Assembly: GCA_002269645.1 (NCBI GenBank)
Contig: NIVC01002315.1
Span: 120,471-184,470 of the forward strand
DNA: 64,000 nt
Source of the DNA: Macrostomum lignano
Lineage: Eukaryota
Direction: 5' to 3'
Below, in pieces: positions 1-12,807 of this stretch (positions within the stretch are counted from its first letter, which is position 1; each line of letters opens with the position of its first letter). The position numbers were made by a program, and so were the translations under genes. Below the pieces are notes generated by a model, which made no database searches, was not told where the DNA came from, and saw nothing but the letters and a program-made list of their open reading frames with translations.

Positions 1-630
1 TGCATTTTCCCATCTCTGAGTAATGGAATCCCTTGATAATCTGTTTTAAGTCGCAGTGGCCATCTGGCTGCATGGCCGGCTGGCCCAGTTGATAATGCAA
101 ATTATTGTTGTGCACTGTATATAGATAGCTGTCTCTGCAGGCCACAGCCACTCTGTTTTGTCTGGGTGTTCTGTGGCGAGGCGGACCAAGCATTGCTGCA
201 GGCCTATTCGAAATCTGGGATTGAAGAGGATAACTCTGTCTGTATCTCTCCGTCCCTCAGTTTGGTTGTCGGCGCCAATATAGAGAAATCCTTTTTTTCC
301 CACGCAGCCAGCCAGCGATCTCCGTCCGCTGCGCCTATAGCCGGCTTGTATTGATTGATGAAAGTGCTGCGGGGCGACCGCACGCTTCGGCGAGTCCATG
401 CGACAGTTGGAGAAAGAGGAGAGAGAGAGAGAGCGGCGCTATGACGCTGAATTGGCCAGTATTATTGCGTATAGTTTATATAAAATTATATACTGTTTTG
501 AGGCCTTTATTTTTCTATTTCTAATTCAAATACTCGTAGACTTGATAAAATATATCTAACTGGGCTATTGGCGCTATACTTACTTATTCTGCTAGGAGTG
601 AATAGACTTGCACTTTTGCTTGATTTAGAT

Positions 631-814
631 CAGGGTTCGGCAAAGTTAAACTTTTGCCTCGGGGGGCCAGATAGAGAATCTAGCGCGTATGACTGCGGGC
701 CAGAGGAGAGGAGAGAGTAGATAAGAGAGCTGAGAAAAGACAAACCTTAGGGGGGCCGATAGAGAGGCTTCGCTGGCCGCATGCGACCCGCGGACCGGAG
801 TTCGCTGACCCCTG
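631..814. mobile_element. hAT-like MITE (184 bp)
   Basis: Imperfect TIRs CAGGGTTCGGCAAA / TTCGCTGACCCCTG; flanked by near-identical 8-bp TSD ATTTAGAT (623-630) / ATTAAGAT (815-822). CAGGG termini plus 8-bp TSD are typical of hAT. Confidence 0.75.
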
Positions 815-1067
815 ATTAAGATCAAGAAGAAAGAGGGAAGCGATTCATCTTAGCGATAATAATATCTCTTTGAGAGAGCTCCGGTTCTGCTGTCATCGCC
901 ATTGTCTTGCCAGCCTTGCAGTCAAAGAGCGCGATCGCATTGCAACGCAAATCGATAATCCGCGCCCAGGTAATTTCATCCCAGTCGGCTTGACGTGAAA
1001 AAAGGCGCTCGCAAGAAATTGTTTAGCATGCAGTCAGATCCGGGTTTTGAGTACTCGGATGCGTTGT

Positions 1068-1193
1068 CAGGACTTTCCAGACCAGGTCCGGCCCCTTGGG
1101 TCCCTTGAAACTTCACAACAGCAAACCGGCTCGCTTAAGGTTTGCGTCTCTTCAAGTCAAGGCCCTTGACGTGAACAAGTTAGCCGACCCCTG
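1068..1193. mobile_element. degraded copy of the same hAT-like MITE family
   Basis: Ends in GCCGACCCCTG; internal CTTAAGGTTTGCGTCT is shared with the copy at 42908; no clear TSD. Confidence 0.4.
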
Positions 1194-1770
1194 ACCTAGA
1201 CAACTCTTTTCTACTTCCTGAGTTCACGCCGCGGTTCGTCTCTGACCCCCCCCCCCCGATCCGTTGTCAGTCAATATGAGAATCGATTATGCGAACTGGC
1301 GTTGAATTTTTGGTCCGGAAATTTCAATTTCTATGCCGTAACTGAGAGCTTAGTTAGGGCAGGGGGGCACTGCTGGCTGAATAAAGAGAGCTTGGAGAGC
1401 TCAGACGGTGCTCCCAGACCCAATTTGTTCGCTCCGGCCTCCGGCCAATCAGAGCCAAAGAAATTCCTCAATTAGCTAGCTGAAGCAGAGAGCGGCCAAC
1501 CAGTGGCCATTCCTGCATGGAAATATCCCAACAGGACTGCAACGGATTCACTGGCCAGTATATAAGCATGTAAAATTATAGAGCCTAAAAGTTCTAGACA
1601 GTTTTAATCTGCAGAACCGATTCAAATTTAAAGCGTTGATTGCACTTTACACAGAATAGCGGCTGTCATGGATGATGCTGTGCATGACAATTCAACTAGC
1701 CTGTGAGTTTACTGCGCTGCTCAAAAATGCTTGCTTGATTTTGAGCTCCGTCACTATCAGTCCCAGCAGT

Positions 1771-2660
1771 GCATTGGATAGTCCAGCAGCACTTTGGAAG
1801 TCCTTGGCGATGTAGAAGCTTTAATATGGATTTTGAATCCATTGGACAGTCCAGCAGCACTTTAGAAGTCCTTGGTGATGTAGAAGCTTTAATATGGACC
1901 TTGAATCCATTGGATAGTCCAGCAGCACTTTGGAAGTCCTTGGCGATGTAGAAGCTTTAATATGGATTTTGAATCCATTGGACAGTCCAGCAGCACTTTG
2001 GAAGTCCTTGGCGATGTAGAAGGTCTAGTAATGCCACCTTATTTACCTTGGATCCGTTGGACAGTCCAGCAGCACTTTGGAAGTCCTTGGCGATGTAGAA
2101 GCTTTAATATGGATTTTGAATCCATTGGACAGTCCAGCAGCACTTTGGAAGTCCTTGGCGATGTAGAAGGTCTAGTAATGCCACCTTATTTACCTTGGAT
2201 CCGTTGGACAGTCCAGCAGCACTTTGGAAGTCCTTGGCGATGTAGAAGCTGACTTATCTACCTTGAATCCATTGGATAGTCCAGCAGCACTTTGGAAGTC
2301 CTTGGCGATGTAGAAGCTTTAATATGGATCTTGAATCCATTGGACAGTCCAGCAGCAGTTTGGAAGTCCTTGGCGATGTAGAAGCTTTAATATGGATCTT
2401 GAATCCATTGGATAGTCCAGCAGCACTTTGGAAGTCCTTGGCGATGTAGAAGCTGACTTATCTACCTTGAATCCATTGGATAGTCCAGCAGCACTTTAGA
2501 AGTCCTTGGCGATGTAGAAGCTTTAATATGGATTTTGAATCCATTGGACAGTCCAGCAGCACTTTGGAAGTCCTTGGCGTTGTAGAAGCTTTAATATGGA
2601 TCTTGAATCCATTGGATAGTCCAGCAGCACTTTGGAAGTCCTTGGCGATGTAGAAGCTTC
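1771..2660. repeat. tandem repeat, ~68-bp unit with longer variants
   Basis: Unit TTGGA(T/C)AGTCCAGCAGCACTTTGGAAGTCCTTGGCGATGTAGAAGCTTTAATATGGATTTTGAATCCA, about 13 copies. Confidence 0.95.
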
Positions 2661-3603
2661 AGTAATGCAGTTCGAATCCGATCGGTAGTTATTCGTAAGA
2701 TGTCCATGGCAATCCAGTTTTAGCAAGTTTATTAGGCCGCAGTTTTGGTCAGCAACGAGCAGCTGGAATTCGATCGAATTGCTAATCCGCGGCTTCCCGG
2801 CCAAGCTGGATTCGAAAATCCCGCGTCCGGTGCTGAAGAGTACAAATCCGCGATCTAAGGTCTATACACGACCCCCCCTGTTTTTGTTGTTTTCCTCACT
2901 GCTCGCTCTGCCTCGAATGTCGAATGTTGTTCGACATCGCCAGCTGCGAGGCAAGCGCCGCGGGTTTTCAATTCGAATATTCATCCCCCTCCTGAGCCCC
3001 GCTGAGGGGGGGGAGCGCTTGAAAATCGAAAGGAAGACTAGAGAGAAAAAATGAGGTAAAATCAACAGAAGCCGCCCGCCAGCGTTTCAATTAGGACCTC
3101 CGGAGAGACGGGAGGAAAGGCGGTCGTGTGGGGAATAAATGAGCTCATGGGGATTCCTCATCTACCTTTGTCCTGATTCATTAGACAAATTAGTTCAAAA
3201 AATATCAAAGACTAATAACTGCTGCCGTACCTTGAAACGCTGGCGGTTAAAAAATTGTCTGTAGACTGCATTCTGTAGATCAAGGACAGAAGAAACCCTG
3301 AGGGGCTCTTGTCGCATCGCATGTATTTCTATCACGCGACTGCCGACCTTGCTTCAAATCAGAATTGCCGCCCTTGTTATCAAGAGCTTAAATAAGTCTT
3401 CCTTTCAATTTTTCTCAAACTTCGGCTCCTACTAATTTCCATCCTTTGTTTAATTGCAAACAAGGGTCAGGGCGGTAAATTAATAGGTCGACGCCTTCGA
3501 CGGGTGCAGAGTCAGTCGATTTGGGACTTTTCGCTCGACTGCTGATTTTATTCGATTATAATTTGCTTCTGTTGCTTTCGCATCTCTCGGTTTTGTTGCT
3601 CTG

Positions 3604-4338
3604 AAGCTTGACAGCTTGGAAGCTTGACAGCTTGGAAGCTTGACAGCTTGGAAGCTTGACAGCTTGGAAGCTTGACAGCTTGGAAGCTTGACAGCTTGGA
3701 AGCTTGACAGCTTGGAAGCTTGGAAGCTTGACAGCTTGGAAGCTTGGAAGCTTGACAGCTTGGAAGCTTGACAGCTTGGAAGCTTGACAGCTTGGAAGCT
3801 TGACAGCTTGGAAGCTTGACAGCTTGGAAGCTTGACAGCTTGGAAGCTTGACAGCTTGGAAGCTTGACAGCTTGGAAGCTTGACAGCTTGGAAGCTTGAC
3901 AGCTTGGAAGCTTGACAGCTTGGAAGCTTGACAGCTTGGAAGCTTGACAGCTTGGAAGCTTGACAGCTTGGAAGCTTGACAGCTTGGAAGCTTGACAGCT
4001 TGGAAGCTTGACAGCTTGGAAGCTTGACAGCTTGGAAGCTTGACAGCTTGGAAGCTTGACAGCTTGGAAGCTTGACAGCTTGGAAGCTTGACAGCTTGGA
4101 AGCTTGACAGCTTGGAAACTTGACAGCTTGGAAACTTGACAGCTTGGAAGCTTGACAGCTTGGAAGCTTGACAGCTTGGAAGCTTGACAGCTTGGAAGCT
4201 TGACAGCTTGGAAGCTTGACAGCTTGGAAGCTTGACAGCTTGGAAGCTTGACAGCTTGGAAGCTTGACAGCTTGGAAACTTGACAGCTTGGAAACTTGAC
4301 AGCTTGGAAACTTGACAGCTTGGAAGCTTGACAGCTTG
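3604..4338. repeat. minisatellite, 16-bp unit (two related 8-mers)
   Basis: (CAGCTTGGAAGCTTGA)n; ORF translations repeat every 16 aa (3 units). Confidence 0.97.
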
Positions 4339-4383
4339 CAACTTCGAGAATCTAGAATCCCGAAAACATGATCCATTAAGATT

Positions 4384-4396
4384 CTGTTTGTCTGCC

Positions 4397-4460
<64 letters not shown>

Positions 4461-4461
4461 A

Positions 4462-4496
<35 letters not shown>

Positions 4497-4498
4497 AG
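4384..4498. repeat. (TGTC)n microsatellite
   Basis: About 28 TGTC units. Confidence 0.97.
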
Positions 4499-4600
4499 TG
4501 GGGCCCGCATGTACGCCTGCATGTGCTCAAGAGTCAGCAGAATGGTCAGGATTGCCTCACAGCGCTGGCCGTGGGACGATTTCATCGAAGGCATTTCGCC

Positions 4601-7600
4601 ATGATGCTCGCAGCCTCACCTCAAATTCATTCAAGCCCGTACTTGTTATACATTACTCCCCAGTCCCCATAGCAACCAATATATCTCTTCTCGTCGCAGT
4701 CTCTCGGGCAAAGCCGGCCTCGAAGCCATCCTGCCGGCCTTCGTGGGCCTGGAGATGACCCTGGCCGGCCTGATCGCGCTGTTTGGCATCGCCGGCAACA
4801 TCCTCACCATCCTGGTGCTGCGGGTGCCCAACCTGAGGAAGACCAGCACAGCATTCTACTTTGCCGCTTTGGCCTCCGTTGACATCCTGGTGCTGCTGAT
4901 CGGCCCGACAGTCAAGGCGGTGTCGGCGGCAATATTCGAGTCCAACAGGCACATCCGGGACATCGGCACTGTCGCCTGCAAGCTGGTTCTCTACCTCAAC
5001 TACTCGTCATCGCAGATCAGCGCCTGGGTGCTCGTGGCCGTCACCATCGACCGCGCCATCTGGGTGCTGCTGCCGTTCCAGGCCCGCCAGCTCTGCACCG
5101 TCAAGCGGGCCGCTATTGTGGTGGCCGCCATCTGCTTTCTGATCTGCTGTATCAACTCGCAGGTAGCTATTGGCTTGAGTGCCCACCTGCTTATCTGTGC
5201 CACACCTTATCTATGCCACACCTCCTTATCTGTGCCACACCTCCTTATCTGTGCCACACCTTATCTGTGCCACACCTTATCTGTGCCACACCTTATCTGT
5301 GCCACACCTTATCTGTGCCACACCTTATCTGTGCCACACCTTATCTGTGCCACACCTTATCTGTGCCACACCTTATCTGTGCCACACCTTATCTGTGCTA
5401 CACCTTATCTGTGCCACACCTCCTTATCTGTGCCACACCTTATCTGTGCCACACCTTATCTGTGCCACACCTTATCTGTGCCACACCTTATCTGTGCCAC
5501 ACCTTATCTGTGCCACACCTTATCTGTGCCACACCTTATCTGTGCCACACCTTATCTGTGCCACACCTTATCTGTGCTACACCTTATCTGTGCTACACCT
5601 TATCTGTGCCACACCTTATCTGTGCCACACCTTATCTGTGCTACACCTTATCTGTGCTACACCTTATCTGTGCTACACCTTATCTGTGCCACACCTTATC
5701 TGTGCCACACCTTATCTGTGCCACTCCTCATCTGTGCCACATGAGTTGCCAATGCAAGCTCATGGGAGTGGTGGAAATTTTCAGTACAAGCGCAGAGAGA
5801 GAAGACTGGGCAAACACGATAGCAAACATCGCGGGCTAAGCAAGTTTGCTCGACGAAATTCTATACTAAATTTATCCCGACAATGCCTCTTTTGCTTCCT
5901 TGGTTTCTTAGTTGCCGGGTCGAAGGCTTTGAAACTTATCGTATTTTTTCTACTCAATATGCAAGTAGAATAACCTGTGCAATACTTCTGTTCTATGTGA
6001 AGCCAAATAAGACAAGTCGCAAAAAGTCCAAAGCAATTCTGACTAAAAGCAACAACTGCAAAGCAGATTGAATCAGTCAGATCTTATCCGGAGCCCTCTT
6101 TGAGCCATGGATATCCCTATTCTTTTCTTTCCAACTTGTCCCCAGACCCTCAGCTTCAGGTTTAAAGAATTAGCGAGTCGCTCGCCTAGTTGGGCCTTCA
6201 AAAAAGTCTTACCGAACTCGTCCATGGTTGAAACCTGACTCCCAATGCATGAATTAATAATTAGCGCCAGATGCTGCCTCCCCTGGCCCCGTCCGCGCGC
6301 AAAAAATCTTCCCAATTTCCCCAAACTTCCCAGAAAATAAGGCAGAAATCATTGGAAATTTCCTTTCCTTTTTTGCTTTTGCTTTGCTGTTAAGCTTTTC
6401 TTAAAATCGCAGAAAGCTTCTCTGTGTTATTCCTGGGTTGGACTACTGATGTAAGTGCAGATTTTAGTTAACCGGCTGCATACAGTACAGAGGCTGGAAT
6501 GTCTGAGGTTGGTTATGTTCGGATTCCAAAGACACGATTCTGTAGCTCAATAATTTCAAATGCCTGTAATTGCAGGTAATCCACGTAAAATATGGACGAT
6601 CATTTGATTCCAACAAAAATTGACGCATAAAGAAGCCTACGGAGAGAATCTGCCTCCCCAGGCCGCAACCCGTCAGACCGTTGACTGTACGGAATCGCTT
6701 GGACAGATTCACTTTCAGAGAATCGCCCTCCATTAGAGAATCGCCCTCCATTAGAGAATCGCCCTCCATTAGAGAATCGCCCTCCATTAGAGAATCGCGC
6801 TTCATTAGAGAATCGCCCTCCATTAGAGAATCGCCCTCCATTAGAGAATCGCCCTCCGCCAGAGAATCGCCTCCATAGAAAATCGCCCTCCATTAGAGAA
6901 TCGCCCCCCATTAGAGAATCGCCCCCCATTAGAGAATCGCCCTCCATTAGAGAATCGCCCTCCGCCAGAGAATCGCCCTCCATTAGAGAATCGCCCTCCG
7001 CCTGAGAATCGCTCTCCATTAGAGAATCGCCCCCCATTAGAGAATCGCCCTCCATTAGAGAATCGCCCTCCATTAGAGAATCGCCCTCCGCCTGAGAATC
7101 GCTCTCCATTAGAGAATCGCCCCCCATTAGAGAATCGCCCTCCATTAGAGAATCGCCCTCCATTAGAGAATCGCCCTCCATTAGAGAATCGCCCTCCGCC
7201 TGAGAATCGCTCTCCATTAGAGAATCGCCCCCCATTAGAGAATCGCCCTCCATTAGAGAATCGCCCTCCATTAGAGAATCGCCCTCCGCCAGAGAATCGC
7301 TCTCCATTAGAGAATCGCCCTCCGCCAGAGAATCGCCTCCATAGAGAATCGCCCTCCATTAGAGAATCGCCCCCCATTAGAGAATCGCCCTCCATTAGAG
7401 AATCGCCCTCCATTAGAGAATCGCCCCCCATTAGAGAATCGCCCCCCCCATTAGAGAATCGCCCTCCATTAGAGAATCTCCCTCCGCTAGAGAATCGCTC
7501 TCCATTAGAGAATCGCCCTCCCAAAATCAGTCTCCGCCAGACTCCCTAGACTCCTCAGGATCCAATACCAGCCTTACCAAACGCCTCGTACACTGAAGCA

Positions 7601-8355
7601 ACCCACACCACCTGCTTCCTCCCCTCCAGGTGATGCTCCACGCGAACATGATTCAGCGCGAGAACCTGAGCATCTGCCACCTGCACGATCCCATCATTAG
7701 GCACACGTACGTGACCTACATTGACCCCGGCCTGGTGACCATCGGCCCGTTCCTAATCATGCTGGCAGCCAACCTGTTGATTGTGCGCAAACTCCGCCAG
7801 GTGCGCGCCCGCCGCGAGACCAGCCTCAACAAGCAGCACCGCAGCGGCAGCGGCCGCAACCTGACCCGGATGCTGCTGTGCACGAACTTCTTCTACTTGT
7901 TGTCCTCGCTGCCCTACCTCCTGCTCATGCTGCTGCTCAAAGAGAAACGCGTGGAGATAATGAGCAGGCCGGTACTGCTGAACGTGGTGTACCTCATCCA
8001 GATCCTGTGTTACTCCATGTTCAACCTCAACTACGCCATTCACTTCCTGCTCTACTGCCTGGCCGGGCCGGCCTTCAAAGCTGAAGCCTTCCGCATTCTC
8101 GGCATCCGGCAGAGCGCGGCCGCCGCCGCCACCGCCGCCACCTCCCAGAGGGGCCGAAGCAGCGCCGACGGTGGCAAGTCGGCGGCTGCTGGCGGCTGCC
8201 GCGAGTTGGCCAGCCAGTCCTGCCATCAGGGCGAGCTGCAGGAGCTGCAGCCGGAGGAGGACAAGGAGAATTTGATGGCGGAGGCACCCAGCCGGCAGCC
8301 GGAGGAGATGGAGCTGCTGCCGGTGTCTGTCAATCAGTCAGGTGGTGCGGTGTAA
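4601..8355 (+). CDS. rhodopsin-like (class A) GPCR, peptide-receptor/FMRFamide-srw-like type
   Basis: Exons 4601-4638 (tentative), 4700-5162 and 7630-8355 join in frame with GT-AG introns. Seven hydrophobic helices; TM1 GN, TM2 LASVD, extracellular Cys (ACK), TM3 IDRA (DRY variant), TM6 SSLP, TM7 NYAIHFLLY. Confidence 0.9.
5180..5745. repeat. intronic minisatellite, 16-bp unit
   Basis: (GCCACACCTTATCTGT)n in GPCR intron 2. Confidence 0.97.
6716..7522. repeat. intronic minisatellite, 18-bp unit
   Basis: (ATTAGAGAATCGCCCTCC)n in GPCR intron 2. Confidence 0.97.
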
Positions 8356-9294
8356 CACCTGATCGACACCTGACGACTGTCGGTCACTATGGCCTCGGCT
8401 GTCTGTTTAATCGAATAATTGATTTCTTGTGTGACAAGATTACAACTCATAGGTTGAGCGCTTGTACACCGCGCCAGCATTACATGCGCAACACCGATCC
8501 AAAAATCGCAGAGTCGCAAAAATGGCCACCCGAAAATAGACGGAGTACTAATTAGATGACGAAGCTTTAGCCTTAATTAAGACAGTTCATTTACTCCCGC
8601 CGTTCACCCAAAATTACGTTAACTTTGCTTACGTTTCTTTCATAGGTAAGTCGCATTTTTTGTCAAAAAGTAAGTCTTAAGGCCACCCTTGCTTCGGGTC
8701 CATATTTCTCATATTACTATTTTTCTTGACGAATCGCAACTGTACTTAAAATCACTACTAATGTAGCATAGCAGTCAATTCGACTCTGTTTCACACACAC
8801 ACACCCCTTGAATTGCACCAGTCGGTCAATGAAACTTTGAAATTCAATTTCAAATTATCAGTAAACTTTTCTTGGCACAGTGAACCCCCCTCACCTTCCG
8901 GTCATTTTATTGCTGTGAATCTTCTGATCGAGAAGATGAAATAAAATATACACGGACTTTTCAACTAATTGAAGTTCAGTTGGGTGCGTTTGAATAGCTC
9001 GTAGCTGTCATATTTGCTGGCCAGCTTGTCCGCACCAAATTAATATTCATAAATACTCATAATATTCATTAGACTGATTGGTTATTGTTGCTATGCTAGT
9101 ATTGTGTGCAAAACCTGTCTAACACCCCCGATGCTGCTACGGCTGGAGATGCTGACTTGGTCAGAAGTATCAGACCGGATCTCAGGCTATGACTGCCGTT
9201 CTGCATTGCTCTGCCTTTTAGTTAAAATCTCCCAGAGCTCTTGCAAGAGTTTGTGGTGGCAACTGGCGATTGAAAACTGGGAATTCTTCGGGTA

Positions 9295-9980
9295 GGATTT
9301 CTCCCAAACACAAGAAGTGGGATTCTTCCCAATGAGAGGTGGGATTCTTTCCAATGAGAGGTGGGGTTCTTCCCATACACAATGAGAGGTGGGGTTCTTC
9401 CCAATGAGAGGTGGGATTCTTCCCAATGAGAGGTAGGGTTCTTCCCATACACAGAGAGAGGTGGGATTCTTCCCATACACAGAGAGAGGTGGGATTCTAC
9501 TCAAACACAGAGATGAATGGGATTCTTTCTAAACACAAGGAGAGACGTGAGATTCTTCCCAAATGCAGAGAGAGGTGGGATTCTTCCCAGATGCAGAGAG
9601 AGGTGGGATTCTTCCCAAACACAGAGAGAGGTGGGATTCTTCCCAGATGCAGAGAGAGGTGGGATTCTTCCCAAACACAGAGAGAGGTGGGGATTCTTCC
9701 CAAACACAGAGAGAGGTGGGGATTCTTCCCAGATGCAGAGAGAGGTGGGATTCTTCCCAAACACAGAGAGAGGTGGGATTCTTCCCAAACACAGAGAGAG
9801 GTGGGATTCTTCCCAAACACAGAGAGAGGTGGGATTCTTCCCAAACACAGAGAGAGGTGGGGATTCTTCCCAAACACAGAGAGAGGTGGGGATTCTTCCC
9901 AGATGCAGAGAGAGGTGGGATTCTTCCCAAACACAGAGAGAGGTGGGGATTCTTCCCAAACACAGAGAGAGGTGGGATTA
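9295..9980. repeat. minisatellite, ~28-bp unit (22-bp variants at left end)
   Basis: (CAGAGAGAGGTGGGATTCTTCCCAAACA)n. Confidence 0.95.
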
Positions 9981-9994
9981 AAATGAATGAGAGA

Positions 9995-10312
9995 ATAAAC
10001 ATTAACTCTTTTTTAATTACTTTAATTCAATTGCCAATGCATTTCGACCCTTGTAGGTCATCGTCAGGGCAGTAGTGAAATTGAAAATTCTAATAAACAG
10101 TTGAATAAATATACCTGTGATAAGTTGAATACACAATATAAATAATTGTACGTAGTTTTCAATCGACACAAGTTAACACACGGTGCAGTAGCGTACACTC
10201 CAAGCTAAAACACGCTGAGTTGGCGGCTGGCACCCCCCATAGCTAGCTGGCAGTTTAGGCTCGGGTTCTGATCTTTGATGTACATAGCCTCTAAGATATT
10301 CAAAGTGTGCTA
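9995..10312 (-). mobile_element. 5'-truncated Penelope-like retroelement 3' end (GIY-YIG endonuclease C-terminus, 3' UTR, hammerhead)
   Basis: Minus strand ~10307-10205 reads TLNILEAMYIKDQNPSLNCQLAMGGASRQLSVF*, matching the PLE GIY-YIG C-terminal LEAxxIKxxxPSLN pattern; hammerhead motif follows at 10071-10032. Confidence 0.8.
10032..10071 (-). ncRNA. minimal type I hammerhead ribozyme motif
   Basis: TGCC-CTGACGA-T-GACC-TACAAG-GGTC-GAAA-T-GC-A-TT-GGCA: conserved core CUGANGA/GAAA, 4-bp stems I and II, palindromic stem III (AATGCATT), AUU cleavage triplet. Confidence 0.7.
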
Positions 10313-10815
10313 AAACGAGACGTGAGATTCTTCCCAAACGCAGAGATGAATGGGATTCTTTCTAAACACAAGGAGAGACGTGAGATTCTTCCCAAACGCA
10401 GAGATGAATGGGATTCTTTCTAAACACAAGGAGAGACGTGAGATTCTTCCCAAACGCAGAGATGAATGGGATTCTTTCTAAACACAAGGAGAGACGTGAG
10501 ATTCTTCCCAAACGCAGAGATGAATGGGATTCTTTCTAAACACAAGGAGAGACGTGAGATTCTTCCCAAACGCAGAGATGCATGGGATTCTTTCTAAACA
10601 CAAGGAGAGACGTGAGATTCTTCCCAAACGCAGAGATGCATGGGATTCTTTCTAAACACAAGGAGAGACGTGAGATTCTTCCCAAACGCAGAGATGAATG
10701 GGATTCTTTCTAAACACAAGGAGAGACGTGAGATTCTTCCCAAACGCAGAGATGCATGGGATTCTTTCTAAACACAAGGAGAGACTTGAGATTCTTCCCA
10801 AGCATCGAGTGGGAT
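10313..10815. repeat. tandem repeat, 58-bp unit (dimer related to the 28-bp array)
   Basis: (GAGACGTGAGATTCTTCCCAAACGCAGAGATGAATGGGATTCTTTCTAAACACAAGGA)n, about 8 copies. Confidence 0.95.
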
Positions 10816-11574
10816 TCTTTCCAAAAACAAAGTGAATTAAGATTCTTCCTGAACACAGAGAGAGCCAGAAACTAGATTCGGAGATTAGCCAACGGATTAA
10901 CCATAGCGCAGTCTGAAATGCCAGTGGCGTATCAGCTGCAGACCATTTAGCCCAGAAGATGAATTCTGGTTGCAGTTTATCCAGCTGCTGTCACTTGCAC
11001 CAACCTACAGACGGCCAGCGCGCACACTCACTGCTTTGATTCTGGCTGCTACCGCAGCTGGTTTGCGGTGCGACAGATGCCTTCCACCTCTCCACCTGGC
11101 CAAGCAAGCTCCCGTATTTCAGTTTTTCTGTGAACTTCTCTTTTGCCTTTCCGTGTTTAACGGAACTGGACTGAACTGAACTGGATGTGGGAACTGAAGC
11201 CGGTGGTTGTCACGAGACATAATTCTGGAGGGAGACGGACAGAGAGAGAGAGAGAGAGAGAGAAGTGTGGGGCCAGCGCGCCAGAGAGGTTCAAGGGTCC
11301 GGGTAAAAGGCTTCGCCTGATGAGTGGCAGGCAAATGGCCTGCGATGGAGACTGCGTGAGCAGGGAGAAACTGAGAGATTTGAAGAGAGTCTCGAGCGGG
11401 CTTAAGTAGAGACAGGTAGAAGAGTCTGTCTGCCTTTAAAACTTTGATGAAGGGTATTTTCAGGCTGGCGGCGCAGCCTGAGAAATGAGAAGAGAGGCAG
11501 CTGGTTGACAACTTCGGGGAAAAAGTTTTGTTTGATGAATTTTAAAGGCTGCGAGGCGCTTGAGTCCCTAATGG

Positions 11575-12190
11575 TAGCTGATTGATAATGACTCAGTGAG
11601 AGATTGATAGCTGAATGTTAATGACTCAGTGAGAGATTGATAGCTGAATGATAATGACTCAGTGAGAGATTGATAGCTGAATGTTAATGACTCAGTGAGA
11701 GATTGATAGCTGAATGTTAATGACTCAGTGAGAGATTGAAAGCTGAATGTTAATGACTCAGTGAGAGATTGATAGCTGAATGTTAATGACTCAGTGAGAG
11801 ATTGAAAGCTGAATGATAATGACTCAGTGAGAGATTGATAGCTGAATGATAATGACTCAGTGAGAGATTGATAGCTGAATGTTAATGACTCAGTGAGAGA
11901 TTGAAAGCTGAATGATAATGACTCAGTGAGAGATTGATAGCTGAATGATAATGACTCAGTGAGAGATTGATAGCTGAATGATAATGACTCAGTGAGAGAT
12001 TGATAGCTGAATGATAATGACTCAGTGAGAGACTGATAGCTGAATGATAATGACTCAGTGAGAGATTGATAGCTGAATGATAATGACTCAGTGAGAGATT
12101 GATAGCTGAATGATAATGACTCAGTGAGAGATTGATAGCTGAATGATAATGACTCAGTGAGAGATTGATAGCTGAATGCTAATGACTCCA
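11575..12190. repeat. minisatellite, 33-bp unit
   Basis: (GATAGCTGAATGATAATGACTCAGTGAGAGATT)n, about 18 copies. Confidence 0.97.
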
Positions 12191-12807
12191 AGTTTTTTTT
12201 TTTTTTCTTAAGTACACAGCAATCCGACGAAGTACAACAGCACCGGCGACAAGTGAGCTCAACGAGGCGAGTGAATCAAATCAGCCTCAAGGCTCCCCAC
12301 CCGCCGCTTTTCTCTTCGCTTCGCCGAGCAGCACTGCCCTTGCGAGCTGCGGGTACCGCGGTGCGTCTCTCGAAGCGCTGACAGACTGGGGGGGGGTTGA
12401 TTTTGAATTTCGGTTGAGCTCCTCCGCTGGGAAGACAGACGATAGCGAAAGAGAAAAATTGCGGTTTGCGGATGTCGAGACACGGTGGGTTCGCTGAGCT
12501 GAGGCAAATTGGCCTTAACGGGAATGGGAGAACAGGTAACACCTGTGTGCAGGAATGCGATCTTGTGCTCGCCCGAATAAGCGCAGAGTTTAGTCAAGAA
12601 GAAACGAGAAATGAGAGCAGATCAGTGGGTCAAGGATATTCGTAAATTATAAGGGGACTTCAATGGCGTTCAGTGGGTCGCTAGGGTAATCTAAAATGTT
12701 GGGAGAGGATTAGGAAGGTCAGGAGGGGATCACGCGAGTACAGAAGCTGTTTCTGAGGATGGGTTAGTACGGCTTAGAAGGGTCAGAAGGATCATAATCT
12801 GTCACAA

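Noticed and set aside
46-399. 117-aa minus-strand ORF starting MDSPKR
   Set aside because: No recognisable domain or clear splice structure; it may be UTR or promoter sequence of a gene outside the window.
5750-6715. Possible nested antisense exons in GPCR intron 2 (e.g. MDEFGKTFLKAQLGERLANSLNLKLR)
   Set aside because: No consistent multi-exon phase or recognisable domain could be established.
8685-8710. TTGCTTCGGGTCCATAT resembling the U6 snRNA 5' end
   Set aside because: The similarity stops after ~15 nt; there is no ACAGAGA box or rest of U6.
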